A stretch of 63,156 nucleotides of DNA, filler included, from Nemertoderma westbladi (lineage: Eukaryota > Animalia > Xenacoelomorpha): assembly GCA_032718475.1 (NCBI GenBank). It is 3 parts of 3 records of this genome, joined end to end, with 100 filler letters (N's around TTAATTAATTAA, not from the genome) between each part and the next. Parts side by side here need not be neighbours in the genome. Positions count along the whole stretch, not along the records: positions 48,607 to 63,156 come from JAUCBJ010002143.1; 2 more parts are not named here. One strand, 5' to 3'. Shown here in pieces: positions 62,616 to 63,156 of this stretch. Position numbers and translations under genes: made by a program. Within the stretch, counting starts at the first letter, position 1, and each line of letters begins with the position of its first letter. The notes beneath the pieces are model-generated. The model worked only from the letters and a program-made list of their open reading frames with translations, searched no databases and was not told the origin of the DNA.

Positions 62616-63156
62616 CCGCTCCCAGAAAATGGGATTTTCAGTCTATAAAATATAAAAATCACAGTTTCTAAAACATAAAGATACTCTAAACAGTTAGTTT
62701 TCTTTGCGCGGACGGCGTTTACGCAGTTTCCCGAGGCTAGCCAGAGTCCTTTTCTCTTTGGGGCGAGCCACTTTACTAGGAAGGCTATAACTCCTGGGTA
62801 AAGGGTACAATACAATTGCATTAGAAGGTTTGGGTTACGGTCGGTGTCTCGCCCATTTCGATATGCTTCTCCTCGATCCGATTTTCCTCAGCTTGACGTT
62901 GGATACGTTCGTCCAAAACTCTCGCAGAGAATAGGGTTGTCTAAGTTCGATATCTTCTTAGAGATGCGAGATTTCCCAATCGAACTGAGATAAAGACAAT
63001 TCGTTTATCGCTTGGACTTGCTGTTATAACTTACGTTTATCTGAACAAAAGGAGGTTTCCTTTCTGATCTTTGTAGAATAGCGTTTAACTCGTTTCGCAC
63101 AACGTTCTCCTTCACCTTGATGAAGGGTTGTATCGCGTTAAACTGGGACGACCATA

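Noticed and set aside
62616-63156. Possible coding remnant at the window end
   Set aside because: No long open frame or recognisable motif.

Overview
AT-rich, repeat-dense eukaryotic (invertebrate-like) DNA in three segments (1-24833, 24934-48506, 48607-63156), joined by two artificial 100-bp spacers (N44-TTAATTAATTAA-N44). No ordinary host gene is evident. Segment 1 is the main result. Its first 169 bp recur at its end (24665-24833, one synonymous mismatch), so it reads as one ~24,664-bp unit of a tandem or circular rolling-circle (Helitron-like) element. Joining the ends and splicing five upstream phase-1 exons read by eye gives a predicted ~3,134-aa protein: NLS + CCHC knuckle, Pro-rich repeats, catalytically degenerate OTU-like domain, Cys/His clusters, HUH Rep, divergent Pif1-type helicase and a C-terminal SLX1-like GIY-YIG nuclease. 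About 2 kb past the stop codon, on the same strand, is a complete type III hammerhead ribozyme (4931-4982) with complementary loops, followed by two strong hairpins. Segments 2-3 are nested transposons: two copies of a Bel/Pao gag-protease element (RT/RNase H core/integrase absent from the complete copy) plus a third LTR, an internally deleted Academ element with TIRs and TAA TSD, MULE-like MITEs with 9-bp TSDs, LINE remnants, and Gypsy pol remnants including a ~580-bp-arm palindrome. All calls come from reading motifs by eye; no database searches were run.
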